Source: a virus
Lineage: Duplodnaviria > Caudoviricetes
IMG/VR virus record: IMGVR_UViG_3300021957_000035
Span: 1 to 60,823 of that record
Length of the DNA: 60,823 bases
Reading direction: 5' to 3' (one strand)
This document shows positions 7,655-18,291 of this stretch, piece by piece. Numbering within the stretch: position 1 is the first letter of the stretch; each line of letters opens with the position of its first letter. Below the pieces are notes generated by a model. That model did no database searches and had not been told where the DNA came from. It was given only the letters and a program-made list of their open reading frames with translations. A program made the translations under genes and the position numbers.

Positions 7655-10600
7655 TTATCTACCTTTGTAGTTATTTTCTTTGTTGGTTGCATTAACCCCT
7701 GCAGAAATAGTAGGTAGCATTTTAATAATTTCTTGTCTTGTTTGGCGAGATACGTCACCACTAATTGACAAGTTAACTACGTTTTGTTGCTTACTGGTAT
7801 TGTCTTGATATGACTTAACTTTATTAGCTGGAACAACTAATTCTCCTGGAGTTAACATTGCTGGAACACTATCTACCCCTGCTTTAGAGTAAGGAGTTGA
7901 AGGTACTATACCTCCGTTATTCATAAATAGACTTAACCCTGTAGAAATTAAACCCAGCCAGCCGCCGCCACTGGCACCGCCTGAACCGCCTGAACCGCCT
8001 TGAGGTTTAAGTAATGAGTCAAGTCCTAATTTTAACGACTTACCTAACCCCCCAAAAAAATCAGGAATTTTACCTATCATACCTAATAGACCTCCACCGT
8101 CACCAGTATCAGCTGTTAACCCTTGGACACCGTTTTTAATAGAACTAATTATACTACCAAAAAGACCACCTTCACCAAATAAAGGAGAAGTAAGTTCTTC
8201 GCCTTCTTTAGCCATAGGAGAAGCTTCACCTCCAAAGCTAGCTGCACCACCACCTAATTTTTGTAGTTGACCCATCATACCTGTAGAAGTATATTCTCCT
8301 TTATCTTCTTCTATAGTGCCAAATAAACTATCTGTAAAACCTTGGCTAAAAGAATTTAAATAATTTTTAGTAAAGCTATCTATTAAGTCAATTTGCATAA
8401 AGTCGCCAGTTTGCAAAGCTTCTCTAAATCCTGTTTGGAAATCATCTTTTATGCCTTGAGCAAAAGTTGCACCTAATGCCATTTCTCTTGCAGATAAAGT
8501 TAGTCCTTTAATAGCTTTTGCAACTCCATCTACAGCTTTATTTGCTCCTTTAGCTGCTATTTCTATTTCCTTTTTAAGAGCAATCTCTTCATTTTGTAAA
8601 GGAATTAATCTTTCGTTAATTAAGGCTTGAGCTCCAAGAGAATCATTCAGTACTTCAATATCACCATTAGCTTTTGCAGTTGTTTTTTTGGCGTCTTTAA
8701 GTTTATTTTCCCAATGATCTATTTCTTCTTGAACTCCTTTTAATTGCTGTTCTAAAGGACTAAGCTTTAGTTTAGGTTCTACAGCTGCCATGTTACCCAC
8801 AGGTATATTTAAACGAGAGTTGCCTGTGCCTTGTTGAAATCCTGCAACCATTCCGCTATTAATAGCTTCAAGTATAGGTCTAAACTTAGAAGTTTGTTTT
8901 GCATTTACAACAAATTCTTTATTAGAAAGCATAGCAGGAATTTTGTCGTCAGTAGGACCACCTTCACCTGTTACATAACCTCCTGTTGCAAATTTATTTG
9001 CTTCAAAAGATTTTTTCATTGTGTCTTTAAGACCAAAATTATTATAAAGAAATTTTACTATAGCTGCTTGGGATTTACCACCAATTGTTTTATTACCTTC
9101 TAAAAAAGCTTCATAAAATTCTTCAAACTCTTTAAGTTCAGTTACTTCTAATGAATCTTTAAAAGCTTCAGGAGTTAACGTACCTGATATCATAGACCCA
9201 GCCATATAAGAAGTTTGGCTAGCTCTTAAAGTTTTAAGAGTATCTTCTATATCAGCTAATGAAGTTTGTTTTAGAAAGCTATTTGCGTCAGCTTCTAAAA
9301 CGGTTCTATTAATCCTAGAAGGCCAAGAACTTATATAGTCGTGATCAGTTTTGCCATGACCTGGATTTTCTTTAGCCATATTTAAAAATTGATTAACATG
9401 TCCATATTCATGCAGCCCAACATTATACGCTTGTAAAAACTCATCAAGGCTGTCTGTTAACTTAGGTTCTTTTGTTTGTATGTCTAGAAAAGGGCTATCA
9501 AGAGTTTCATAATACTTTGGAATAACTTTTCCCTGCCAAGTATTATCTATGCTAGTAGATTGAAGACCTACTTTTTCTCGTCCAGAGGGTCTTTGAAATG
9601 ATTCTCTAACTAAGTTATAATGTCTCAACAAATAGTTTAAATCATAACCAGAAGCATCTATTGCTGCTTGACGTTTTTGTTCTTTATTTAAAAAAGATAA
9701 ATCTATTTTACTAAATTTATTTTTAAACGAATCAAAATCAGTAAAATCTAAACCACTTCTCATAGTTGAGTAATTAGAGGGTGCTATCATAGGATGACCA
9801 CGATCATCGTGAGTAGCTTTCTTTTCAAACATATTTAAATCTCTAGCATTACCCATATAGGTTCTATTACCAGAAAGTAAATAGTCTAAGCCACCCATAG
9901 CAGTATACATTGTACCACCAAGTAGCCCATAAAGCGCCGCTTGTACAGGTATACTAGATAAACCTAAACCAGTTTTAACAACACTTGAACCAAATCCAAG
10001 TGCTCCAGACAACAATTTTTTTGGATCACGATTAATTGTTCCTAATACTATATTTCCAAGTCCTTTAAAGGTTCCTAATATAGTTGAACTTAAACCTTTA
10101 AGCGCACCAAATGAAGCACCATACGCTGCACCTTCCGGTGCTAACGGCAAACCATTAAAGAAAGCTTTTCTAAGCTCCGGACCAAAACCAGTAATGTCAT
10201 CCCCTTTAGGTCCATAGAGTCCTTTTTCCCAACCTCTAACAAGTGGACGGTATTGATCAGATTTCCACCTACCACCGCCGCCAATTGCAGCACTAGCAAG
10301 ATTTGCAGTAGTCATTAATGCTTTAGGAATTGTTCTTAATCCATCATATTCAGGAAAATCTATTCCTAATTGCTTAGAAAGAACTGATAATCCTTTGTAA
10401 AATCCGTCAGGGCTATTATATGCATCTTTAGTACTTTTAAGTGTGCCTCTGCGAATTAGATGTTCTTGAATTGCATTAATATTACTTGGGTTTGTTCCTG
10501 TTTCTTTATTAACTAGCTCTATTAATTCTTTTAAAGAATTTTCATCTTTAACATTAATGTTAAGAGCAGGACTTAAATCAGGAGCGTGTTCATTTAAATA

Positions 10601-13600
10601 GTTAAGAACATCACTATCTTTGTCTCCCATAACTTTTTCAAAATAATCTTTACCAGTAAAATTAATACCTGCTATTGCTTTAAGTTTAGCTGCTTCTTCT
10701 CCGCTCATAAATTGAATTAAACTCAAAGATGAAGCACTTAATCCTCCAAAAATAGCTGATTGTGGACCTCCAAGCCCTCCTCCGCTTTTAAATTGAGGTA
10801 CTTGACCTTTATTTAAGGCGTCCATAAAACTAGGACCAAACTTTTTGACCGCAGACGCTTGTACTACATATTCTCCATTAGACAACATGTGAGGTATTTT
10901 ATCGTCTTTTGGACCGCCAGCACCAGTAATCATACCTCCTGATGCCTTCTCCCCAAAGTGAGGAGAAGCTATATTATTTAAATTATTTTGGCGACGTTGA
11001 GCAGCAACAAGTGAATCAAGAAGAACGCCTTCAAAACTAGTAACTGATTCAGCAGTTTCCTTAAAAGCTTTATTTGCTATTAATAGATTAGTATTAAAAT
11101 CAGAAAACTCTGAAGTAACTTGGTTTAACTCTGCTTCTAATTCAGGAATCTTTAATAAATCAATTTGAGTTTGTATTTGATCAATTCTTTGTTGAGCATT
11201 AGCGTCATCACCAACAAAATCATTATTAAGTCTATCTTTTAATCTAGTAATTGATTCTTCAAACCCAGCTTCTCTTTCTTTAGCTTTATCTAAGCGTTCC
11301 TGAAGAGTGGTAATTTGTTTTCCTGCAAGTATTTTCTTTTGTTCGTCTGTCTTTTCAGCAGGAGTAAAGAAGTCTTTAATACTTTTAAAAGTTGTACTAA
11401 TCAGGTTTCCTATGTAATCAATAAAAGAAAGTGCTGCTGATCGAACTTCTGGTGACAAAAATGCGCCAGCAATAGCTCCAATAAGAGTACCTCCAATTGC
11501 GCCAATTAAACCGCCTATTGGACCTGCAACACCTGTTCCTAATAATGCACCTGTTTGCCCTCCTACAAAAGCACCAGATAAAGTTTTACCGTAAGCTTCA
11601 GCTTCTTTTTCGCCTAATCCTGCGGACTGTAACGTAAAAGAAAATATTTCACCTAAAACTAATCCTTTAAAAATTGTTTTTATTGACGTAAGAAGAATTT
11701 TTTTGCCTAAATCTATTAAGTCATTACCAAAAAGAGCACCCGCTAGTCCACTAATAACATACCTAGCAGGTTTAAAACCAACCATCGCTAAAGGTATTGC
11801 AAAAGCTAAAGCTCCTACAAATGCATCTGCAAATTTTGCTTCAAAATCTAAACCAGGAAAAATACCTTCAATAATTCCATCTCCGACTGCTGCCAGAAAA
11901 GCACTTAGATCATTTACAAGACTAGAAGCACCTTTTTGATCTCCTCCAATTATTATGTTTCTAACATCAATTGTAATATCTTTAAAAAAGTTTTTAATTT
12001 TATCTTGATATTCTTGGTCAGAATCAGTACCTTTTATAAAAAGTTCAAATCCCCCAATAGCAAGAAGAACTGGAAGCCCTCTGCTAAACCCAGCTTGGAT
12101 GACGCTAACAAAAGCAAGACCCGCACCAATGGCTGCAAGTTGTAATGCAGCGCCTGTAGTTTCAGGGAATGTTATTGCTAAACCCAACCCTGTAGCAGCA
12201 GCAGCAAGAAGATATTTATTATCTTCTAAAAAGTCAAAAGATTTTTCTATACTACCTGGAGTTTTAATTTTAACTCCTGCTTCTAAAAAGAATTCTTGTC
12301 CAAAAAGATTACTTTCTATCTTTTCAATTTGATCTCTTATTTTCCCAGAAAGATCTGTGTTAGCCTCTGGAACAAGGCCTTCTATGAAACTTTGTGCGTT
12401 TTTGCTTTTCTCATTTAATCCAAGTATTTTTTCTATTTCTGCGTAATACTTTTTTAAACCTGTAGTTGTTCCCTCTAAGATACCTTCGTAGCTTCCAAAA
12501 CCTTTTATAGTTGCTTGAATAGAAGAAATTACTGATGCAACAGTATCGCTAATACTCTTAAACAAAGGTGCAATAGTTTCTGTTAAATTTAAAAGCCTAG
12601 CTATTGCTTCTCCGCTAAACTCAGTTATTTTATTTAAAAACTTGTCGAATAAACCTATTTCAGATTCGACTTCTTGAGATGTAAAAGAAGCTGGAAGAAT
12701 TTTTGCTCCGAATTCTGGAACTTTTTTTATTTTTATTTCTTCGCCAAATAATTCATTAAATAAGCCTTTAATATTTTTTACAAAAGTTAAAACAACTTGT
12801 CCAGCCTTATTAAAGTTGCTTTCAAAACTTTCTGGCAAAATAAATTCTTTAAAAAACTTTGAAAAATCAAATTGATTTGTAGTTTCATCATAAAATTTAT
12901 CAAATGATATTATCTCTTTAGCTTTTAATAAAAACGCGTCAAAATTTTCTTGAAGATTTTTTTGCGCAGTCGCTGGATTAAAATCTATACTAAATATACT
13001 TGTTAACGGGGCAAATAGCTCTTTAACACTATTTATAAAAATTCTAGCTTCTGCTCTATATAATAAAAAAGATATTTTAGCATTGTCTGTAAAAAACTTT
13101 AATGCATTAGTAACTCTTTCAATACTTCCAATAACTATATTAGACCAGCCAGTCTCTCTTGCAATTAAAGATAACGCTTCTTGAAGTCTAAATCTTAAAG
13201 CATTACTAACTGAATCTACTGTCTTTTCAATTAAAGTAAACTCTTGAGCAATTTCTGGAGCAGCTTTTTGAATAGATTTTAATACGGCTTCAGTTGTTAG
13301 CTTACCTTCTGCAGCTGCGTCTCTAAGCTGACCAAAAGGAATACCAATACCATCAGCAATAGCTCTAGCAATACGAGGTGTTTGTTCTAAAACAGAGTTA
13401 AGTTCTTGCCCTCTAAGTTGACCTGAAGCTAAACCTTGACCAAATTGAACAATGGCTGCTCTAGCAGACTCAGAAGAAGCACCAGAAATAGTAACAGCTT
13501 GGTTAATTGTTTTTGTAACATCTAAAAGTTCTTTTGCGCTAGTGCCGCTTCCTCTTAAGGCTAAACCAAATCTATTAAAAGTTTCTGCCGTAGTGCTAAA

Positions 13601-13903
13601 CGAGACTCGTGTCTGAGATGATACTCGTGCTAAAGATTGAAAAGTAGAGTTTAATTCCCTACCTCTGCCAGTAACAAGAGCAATTTTATTTTCCATGTTA
13701 GTAATAGAGTCAGACGCTCTTGTAATGCCTTTTGTAAAAGATGCAAGGCTTAAAAACGCTGCACCTCCAATAGCTATTTTATTAAAAGCGCTTTGTAATC
13801 TTTTAGTAGACTGCTCAATATTACCAACAGATTTTTGTAACTTACCTAGATCTTGTCTAGCTTGAGTACTGTTACTGCGTACTCTAATTTCTACTCCACT
13901 CAT
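7655..13903 (-). CDS. tail tape measure protein (2082 aa)
   Basis: N-terminal tape-measure motif QFGQGLASGQLRGQELNSVLEQTPRIA; Gly-rich hydrophobic stretches; follows the tail chaperones. Confidence 0.93.
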   Translation of the reverse strand: MSGVEIRVRSNSTQARQDLGKLQKSVGNIEQSTKRLQSAFNKIAIGGAAFLSLASFTKGITRASDSITNMENKIALVTGRGRELNSTFQSLARVSSQTRVSFSTTAETFNRFGLALRGSGTSAKELLDVTKTINQAVTISGASSESARAAIVQFGQGLASGQLRGQELNSVLEQTPRIARAIADGIGIPFGQLRDAAAEGKLTTEAVLKSIQKAAPEIAQEFTLIEKTVDSVSNALRFRLQEALSLIARETGWSNIVIGSIERVTNALKFFTDNAKISFLLYRAEARIFINSVKELFAPLTSIFSIDFNPATAQKNLQENFDAFLLKAKEIISFDKFYDETTNQFDFSKFFKEFILPESFESNFNKAGQVVLTFVKNIKGLFNELFGEEIKIKKVPEFGAKILPASFTSQEVESEIGLFDKFLNKITEFSGEAIARLLNLTETIAPLFKSISDTVASVISSIQATIKGFGSYEGILEGTTTGLKKYYAEIEKILGLNEKSKNAQSFIEGLVPEANTDLSGKIRDQIEKIESNLFGQEFFLEAGVKIKTPGSIEKSFDFLEDNKYLLAAAATGLGLAITFPETTGAALQLAAIGAGLAFVSVIQAGFSRGLPVLLAIGGFELFIKGTDSDQEYQDKIKNFFKDITIDVRNIIIGGDQKGASSLVNDLSAFLAAVGDGIIEGIFPGLDFEAKFADAFVGALAFAIPLAMVGFKPARYVISGLAGALFGNDLIDLGKKILLTSIKTIFKGLVLGEIFSFTLQSAGLGEKEAEAYGKTLSGAFVGGQTGALLGTGVAGPIGGLIGAIGGTLIGAIAGAFLSPEVRSAALSFIDYIGNLISTTFKSIKDFFTPAEKTDEQKKILAGKQITTLQERLDKAKEREAGFEESITRLKDRLNNDFVGDDANAQQRIDQIQTQIDLLKIPELEAELNQVTSEFSDFNTNLLIANKAFKETAESVTSFEGVLLDSLVAAQRRQNNLNNIASPHFGEKASGGMITGAGGPKDDKIPHMLSNGEYVVQASAVKKFGPSFMDALNKGQVPQFKSGGGLGGPQSAIFGGLSASSLSLIQFMSGEEAAKLKAIAGINFTGKDYFEKVMGDKDSDVLNYLNEHAPDLSPALNINVKDENSLKELIELVNKETGTNPSNINAIQEHLIRRGTLKSTKDAYNSPDGFYKGLSVLSKQLGIDFPEYDGLRTIPKALMTTANLASAAIGGGGRWKSDQYRPLVRGWEKGLYGPKGDDITGFGPELRKAFFNGLPLAPEGAAYGASFGALKGLSSTILGTFKGLGNIVLGTINRDPKKLLSGALGFGSSVVKTGLGLSSIPVQAALYGLLGGTMYTAMGGLDYLLSGNRTYMGNARDLNMFEKKATHDDRGHPMIAPSNYSTMRSGLDFTDFDSFKNKFSKIDLSFLNKEQKRQAAIDASGYDLNYLLRHYNLVRESFQRPSGREKVGLQSTSIDNTWQGKVIPKYYETLDSPFLDIQTKEPKLTDSLDEFLQAYNVGLHEYGHVNQFLNMAKENPGHGKTDHDYISSWPSRINRTVLEADANSFLKQTSLADIEDTLKTLRASQTSYMAGSMISGTLTPEAFKDSLEVTELKEFEEFYEAFLEGNKTIGGKSQAAIVKFLYNNFGLKDTMKKSFEANKFATGGYVTGEGGPTDDKIPAMLSNKEFVVNAKQTSKFRPILEAINSGMVAGFQQGTGNSRLNIPVGNMAAVEPKLKLSPLEQQLKGVQEEIDHWENKLKDAKKTTAKANGDIEVLNDSLGAQALINERLIPLQNEEIALKKEIEIAAKGANKAVDGVAKAIKGLTLSAREMALGATFAQGIKDDFQTGFREALQTGDFMQIDLIDSFTKNYLNSFSQGFTDSLFGTIEEDKGEYTSTGMMGQLQKLGGGAASFGGEASPMAKEGEELTSPLFGEGGLFGSIISSIKNGVQGLTADTGDGGGLLGMIGKIPDFFGGLGKSLKLGLDSLLKPQGGSGGSGGASGGGWLGLISTGLSLFMNNGGIVPSTPYSKAGVDSVPAMLTPGELVVPANKVKSYQDNTSKQQNVVNLSISGDVSRQTRQEIIKMLPTISAGVNATNKENNYKGR

Positions 13904-13922
13904 ATGGACCTCCTTAATAAAA

Positions 13923-13968
13923 TTGCCCCCTAACGATTCTCTTATATTAGAGAGCCATCAGAGGGCAA
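13923..13968 (-). other. long intergenic RNA hairpin (processing site or terminator candidate)
   Basis: TTGCCCTCTGATGG.TCTCT / AGAGA.TCGTTAGGGGGCAA; pairs best on the minus strand through G-U. Confidence 0.55.
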
Positions 13969-13975
13969 AGTATTC

Positions 13976-14395
13976 TTAATCAGGGGTTGGTATGCCAATT
14001 TTAACTAGCACTTGTTCAATAAAGTATTTTGGTGCTTGTTTACTATGACCATTATTTAGTACACTAATATAGTCTACATTATTAAATATTTTTCCTTCTT
14101 GCTTTGCATTGGGGTTAAGCCCTAAAGCAAGTGCTACTAGTGTCTTTTTATTACCAATCCCTAGTGCTTCTTTAACAAGCAAACCAGTATCTAGAGTTGG
14201 TCCTGACATAGTTTTTTCATTTTCCCAACCTTGTCTAGCTTTACCAGTATCAACAGGAGTAACTATTTTAAGTTGTTCAGTAGCATAATCTATTTTTTCA
14301 TGTATATTTGCAGTAGCAAGACTTGAAACTTCTTGTTCAATTCTTTTCATTTCTTTTTGAAAATCAGCTACATCAATATTTACTTTGATAGACAT
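13976..14395 (-). CDS. HK97 gp10-like neck or tail completion protein
   Basis: TPVDTGKARQGW, NNVDYISVLNNGHSKQAP. Confidence 0.8.
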   Translation of the reverse strand: MSIKVNIDVADFQKEMKRIEQEVSSLATANIHEKIDYATEQLKIVTPVDTGKARQGWENEKTMSGPTLDTGLLVKEALGIGNKKTLVALALGLNPNAKQEGKIFNNVDYISVLNNGHSKQAPKYFIEQVLVKIGIPTPD

Positions 14396-14742
14396 TATTT
14401 TTGTCTCCAGTCTAAATTATCACCATCTCTAGCAGCTAACATTTTCTTAAGAAATTCGCCTTTAGGTACTGCTCTGTCAGGTTCTTGTAATAGCTTTTTA
14501 TTTGTATTTTCTTTTATAGCTTTTAAAGAAGGAAATAAATTTTCTCCGGATTCTTTAACACCTTGTGCCTTTAAAAGTAAATATGTACGTTGGTCTTCTT
14601 GCCAACCAATTGGTCTTTTATGAAAAAATTCTATCCATCTAAGGAGTTCATTATAAGGCATTTCTTCTTTTAAAACATACACAGGCATTTTTAAATGATA
14701 TGCAATTTCAAAAAGAGTTTCATCCTCTTGAGTTAGTTTCCC
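14395..14742 (-). CDS. tail assembly chaperone, frameshift extension (gpT-like)
   Basis: The -1 frame from G GGA AAC reads KLTQEDETLFEIAYHLK, then continues in frame into MPVYVL... Confidence 0.75.
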   Translation of the reverse strand, partial: GKLTQEDETLFEIAYHLKMPVYVLKEEMPYNELLRWIEFFHKRPIGWQEDQRTYLLLKAQGVKESGENLFPSLKAIKENTNKKLLQEPDRAVPKGEFLKKMLAARDGDNLDWRQK

Positions 14743-15038
14743 TCAGAATTTCCACCAGATAATCCAGAGAATTCAAGAATATTTTCTGATAATTCGTTTA
14801 ATGCAGCAATAGGGAAAGTACTAAATTCTTCGTTACTTAAGTCTTCTGCACCTACTACAGCAATTTTAATTACACCACGAAGGAGTTCTGTTTGAGAGTC
14901 TTCAGCTTTGCTCTTAGAAGTTTTTTTAATCATGTTTTGGACTTTAAGAACTTCACCTACTGACAATTGACGAACTTCAACTTCGTCTCCCATAAAAGGG
15001 AATTTTTTAGTAATTACTTTTCCAACTAAATGTTTCAT
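14733..15038 (-). CDS. tail assembly chaperone (gpG-like)
   Basis: Between tail tube and tape measure; ends in a slippery GGGAAAC. Confidence 0.8.
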   Translation of the reverse strand: MKHLVGKVITKKFPFMGDEVEVRQLSVGEVLKVQNMIKKTSKSKAEDSQTELLRGVIKIAVVGAEDLSNEEFSTFPIAALNELSENILEFSGLSGGNSEGN

Positions 15039-15046
15039 ATTTCTTC

Positions 15047-15286
15047 CTAACTAATCTTATCTTTTTCTGTAAATAAATTTGGGTTGTTTGCTTGAAAGTC
15101 ATCAAGCATTTTTCTGCACGTATGTAATACTGATAGTGTTTCCATAATTTCTTTTCCAATATCTGAGTCACTATCGAAATCTTGAAAGCGCTCAAAACTC
15201 TTACGAATACTAATATCTACACTTCGGCGCATATGCCTAAAGGTAGTTCGCATTACAAACGTCTTACTAAACGGTTTGTCTGTCAT
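15047..15286 (-). CDS. hypothetical protein
   Basis: ORF in the tail operon. Confidence 0.65.
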   Translation of the reverse strand: MTDKPFSKTFVMRTTFRHMRRSVDISIRKSFERFQDFDSDSDIGKEIMETLSVLHTCRKMLDDFQANNPNLFTEKDKIS

Positions 15287-15309
15287 ACTATATCTTTCTA
15301 ATAAGTTAA

Positions 15310-15333
15310 GGAAGCCCCCGCTAAGAGGCTTCC
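15310..15333 (-). terminator. terminator-like hairpin after the tail tube gene
   Basis: GGAAGCCTCT-TAGC-GGGGGCTTCC then TTAACTTATT. Confidence 0.65.
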
Positions 15334-15347
15334 AAAGTATTTTTAAT

Positions 15348-15878
15348 TTATGGTAGTGTTACTGGTCCAAAGAAATCAGACTGAGTTGACATAGTAACCG
15401 TAGCGGTTGTAGAGTCTGTCAAAGCAGGATTTACAAGGATAGCTTCCATTTTACCTGTAAAGTAAAATTCTGTGTTACCATAAGATAACGCTGTAGTTCC
15501 AGTAGCCAAGCTAGCTGCAAGTGTAGTTGCTTGTGAACACATCATAAAGCGGAATGCGCCTTGTGTACCAATAAGAGCGTGGAAAGCGTCCATGTCTTCT
15601 GGCACGTAGTTTACAGTAACTTCAAGTGTGGGAGCATCAGATTGCCCTTGTACCTGTGATGAAGTGTTTTGTCCATAAACAGGCACGTTTACGATGTTAG
15701 CAGGAGTACCAATTGATGGAAACTCACGTACTGATGGAATTCGTGAAATAGCAGAAGCGTTTGCTGTTACAAACAAACCTGCATACTCTGCTGCTGTGTC
15801 TACAGATGCAGCAGGTGTTGCCGCATGAAAGTCTAGGTATGAAAAAATACCTGAACTCAAAGATGAAATATGAGCCAT
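15348..15878 (-). CDS. major tail tube protein
   Basis: VREFPSIGTPANIVNVPVYG, QGQSDAPTLEVTVNY; position in the operon. Confidence 0.8.
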   Translation of the reverse strand: MAHISSLSSGIFSYLDFHAATPAASVDTAAEYAGLFVTANASAISRIPSVREFPSIGTPANIVNVPVYGQNTSSQVQGQSDAPTLEVTVNYVPEDMDAFHALIGTQGAFRFMMCSQATTLAASLATGTTALSYGNTEFYFTGKMEAILVNPALTDSTTATVTMSTQSDFFGPVTLP

Positions 15879-15881
15879 TTG

Positions 15882-16283
15882 TTATTCTCCGTATATTTTA
15901 AATGGTATTATATATTGTGCGCTATAAAGCGACTGATTAGCTGGGTCTAGCCCTTCTACATTTAAATAAGATTTTCCAAACTCTGTCTTATTAGTTAAAA
16001 TTTTATTTTCAAATGAATTGTCAAGTATATCTGATAATTGCATAATTCGGGTTTGTCCCTCACCTGCTTTAACAAATATTCTAACAATTAATAAACCTGA
16101 AAGGCTTTTATCACCGCCATAAGCTAAATGATCTGAAGCACTAGGAAGAATATTAAATCGACAAAATTCATTACTGTTTGAAATTGAACCCTGATAGTTT
16201 TCAGGATACATCGCTATGTTATTACTTGTCCAAGCTGATGAGGCAAAAACACTATTAACATCCGCTAAGATATTGTGAAACAT
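15882..16283 (-). CDS. tail terminator or completion protein
   Basis: Directly before the tail tube; GLLIVRIFVKAGEG pattern. Confidence 0.65.
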   Translation of the reverse strand: MFHNILADVNSVFASSAWTSNNIAMYPENYQGSISNSNEFCRFNILPSASDHLAYGGDKSLSGLLIVRIFVKAGEGQTRIMQLSDILDNSFENKILTNKTEFGKSYLNVEGLDPANQSLYSAQYIIPFKIYGE

Positions 16284-16284
16284 T

Positions 16285-16620
16285 TTAAGGTTCCTTTGTC
16301 AAAGTGGCTTCAATAGTGAAGTCGTTATCAGTGTGATCTGTTATATTGTAAACTACTGACCCTACAGTGAGTGTATCATAAACTGATAAATCAACGCCTG
16401 ATTTTAGAATAGCTTTATAATTAAAGCCATCTCCTGCAGGTCTTTCTGAAGACTCAATTATAACTGATACTGTAGCAGAAGTAGTAGTACTAACGGTATC
16501 ATCAGTAGCAAAATCATAGCTTGTAACTGCTTTAGTTGATAGTGTAGCAGTCTTAACAAGATCTCCTGTTCTATCAAAAGCTTTATTAACAGCAGCTGTT
16601 ACTTTTGCTGATAAAGACAT
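16285..16620 (-). CDS. head closure or stopper protein
   Basis: Position, size, beta-rich sequence. Confidence 0.55.
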   Translation of the reverse strand: MSLSAKVTAAVNKAFDRTGDLVKTATLSTKAVTSYDFATDDTVSTTTSATVSVIIESSERPAGDGFNYKAILKSGVDLSVYDTLTVGSVVYNITDHTDNDFTIEATLTKEP

Positions 16621-17126
16621 TAGTTAGCCCTCCACCAAGAAGAACCCATACCTTCAACGCCTCTCCGAATAAGATGACGTAAAGGTTTAATTACAATACT
16701 TGGTGTAATTGAAGTTCTTGTAACATCTCCATTAGTATCAGACAAGCTAATACTTCCAATAGAAATACTCTCAAAAGTTTGAGTAGTTTGTGCTAACAAA
16801 TCTTCATTGTTTAACAGATGCAATGCTTGTTCATAAACAGCAATTTTAACTGCATTAGGAATTTCTGACTCTGTAAATTTAACTTCTAAGTTTAATCTAG
16901 GATTATAATGAGAAGTATTTTTACGAGGCCATGCCAGAGCTTGGGAAGAACTAACAGCAGAACCAATCCAAGAACGATTGTCTATAAGCTGTGTAGCTGT
17001 TACTAATGCATCTTCTTTTAAAGCCTCTGCTGCGGTAGTCCAATTAGCACTATCGATGCGAGTCTCAAAATAAGTATCTGCAGCAGCAACGGCAACATAA
17101 CTATTAGTATTTAGAACTAAAGCCAT
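16620..17126 (-). CDS. head-tail adaptor (DnaT-like annotated family)
   Basis: NSYVAVAAADTYF, QALAWPR, IPNAVKIAVYEQAL. Confidence 0.75.
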   Translation of the reverse strand: MALVLNTNSYVAVAAADTYFETRIDSANWTTAAEALKEDALVTATQLIDNRSWIGSAVSSSQALAWPRKNTSHYNPRLNLEVKFTESEIPNAVKIAVYEQALHLLNNEDLLAQTTQTFESISIGSISLSDTNGDVTRTSITPSIVIKPLRHLIRRGVEGMGSSWWRAN

Positions 17127-17143
17127 TAGTCCCTCCTAACTTA

Positions 17144-18262
17144 TTATGAGTGGAAGACTGGCAAAATGCCCAAGTTCAGTGCGCTCATTTTACGAGTCCA
17201 AGATGCAGAAGCAGCATAAGTTGCGTTTGTAGCAAATGCGTTAGTTGCGCCTGACCAGTCATAGCCCATTGGGTGCATGATAAAGCCGTAACGATACCAA
17301 ATATTAGTTGAACCGCCACCAGTGTAAGAAGCCGCATTACGGTCTACTTCAACAGGAGTTGGAACATTTACAGGAGCAGAAGTAATTGAAGCTGGTTTAA
17401 TCAAGAAAGAACACTTAGTTGAACGAGCATTCAAGTCGCCTGAAGCAGCACCTGAAATCATTTGGTTTGCACGAGTCATAACCAAACGGAATTTTCCACC
17501 AAACACGGTTTGGAACTCAAGGTTGCCATCTTGTACACGAGTTTCGTCTACCAAGTTAGCAGCACGCATTTCAGCCATTGTTTCAGGTGAAGTTACGAGA
17601 TACATAAAGTCAGGTTCGTAGTCTTTGAAACCCATACCCAACGCTTTAAACAAACGTTCACCACGAGCAGCACCCGTAGCAGTTGAGTCAAACAAAGCAC
17701 GCTGATCAGATGCGCCTGTTGCAGCAGCACCAAATTCACCAAGTGCGTTAATGTCTACAAAGTGACCAGTGTTAGCAGCATCGCCATTTGTGTCAAATGC
17801 AATGTAACCACCTGCGCCTGAACCACCTTTGTCACCAAGAGTAACTTCGCTAAGTGCTACACCTTTAAGGCAAGACAACAAAGCATTACCTTCGTCATCA
17901 CCGCGTACTTGTGCAAAGTCACGAGCAATTTTGGCAAGACCATCTTGGCGTGAAACTACTTCTTGCAAATTAACTTGTTGCGCACCAAATGTACGAACAG
18001 TTTTAACGTAATCTGCAATGTCAGTTGTGATATCAGTGTAAGTACCATCTGTTGCACTTGACAGCGATGGAACGTTGATGTTAGCTGAAAGTGGCTTGTA
18101 GTAACGGAACTGACCAATAAAAGATTCGCCGTTAGCATTAATATCGTCACGTTGCCCTACAATACCTGAAGAATTTAGTTTCTTTTCAGTTGTGTATGCT
18201 TCATCTGCGTAAGCAGAGATAGCCAACGCTACGTTTTGAAAGTCTGTATTTGTAATAGCCAT
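17144..18262 (-). CDS. major capsid protein
   Basis: 372 aa following the scaffold; VEVDRNAA and YGFIMHPMGYDW coat-like motifs. Confidence 0.85.
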   Translation of the reverse strand: MAITNTDFQNVALAISAYADEAYTTEKKLNSSGIVGQRDDINANGESFIGQFRYYKPLSANINVPSLSSATDGTYTDITTDIADYVKTVRTFGAQQVNLQEVVSRQDGLAKIARDFAQVRGDDEGNALLSCLKGVALSEVTLGDKGGSGAGGYIAFDTNGDAANTGHFVDINALGEFGAAATGASDQRALFDSTATGAARGERLFKALGMGFKDYEPDFMYLVTSPETMAEMRAANLVDETRVQDGNLEFQTVFGGKFRLVMTRANQMISGAASGDLNARSTKCSFLIKPASITSAPVNVPTPVEVDRNAASYTGGGSTNIWYRYGFIMHPMGYDWSGATNAFATNATYAASASWTRKMSALNLGILPVFHS

Positions 18263-18291
18263 TTTATATTTCCTTGTATATAACTATCTTA

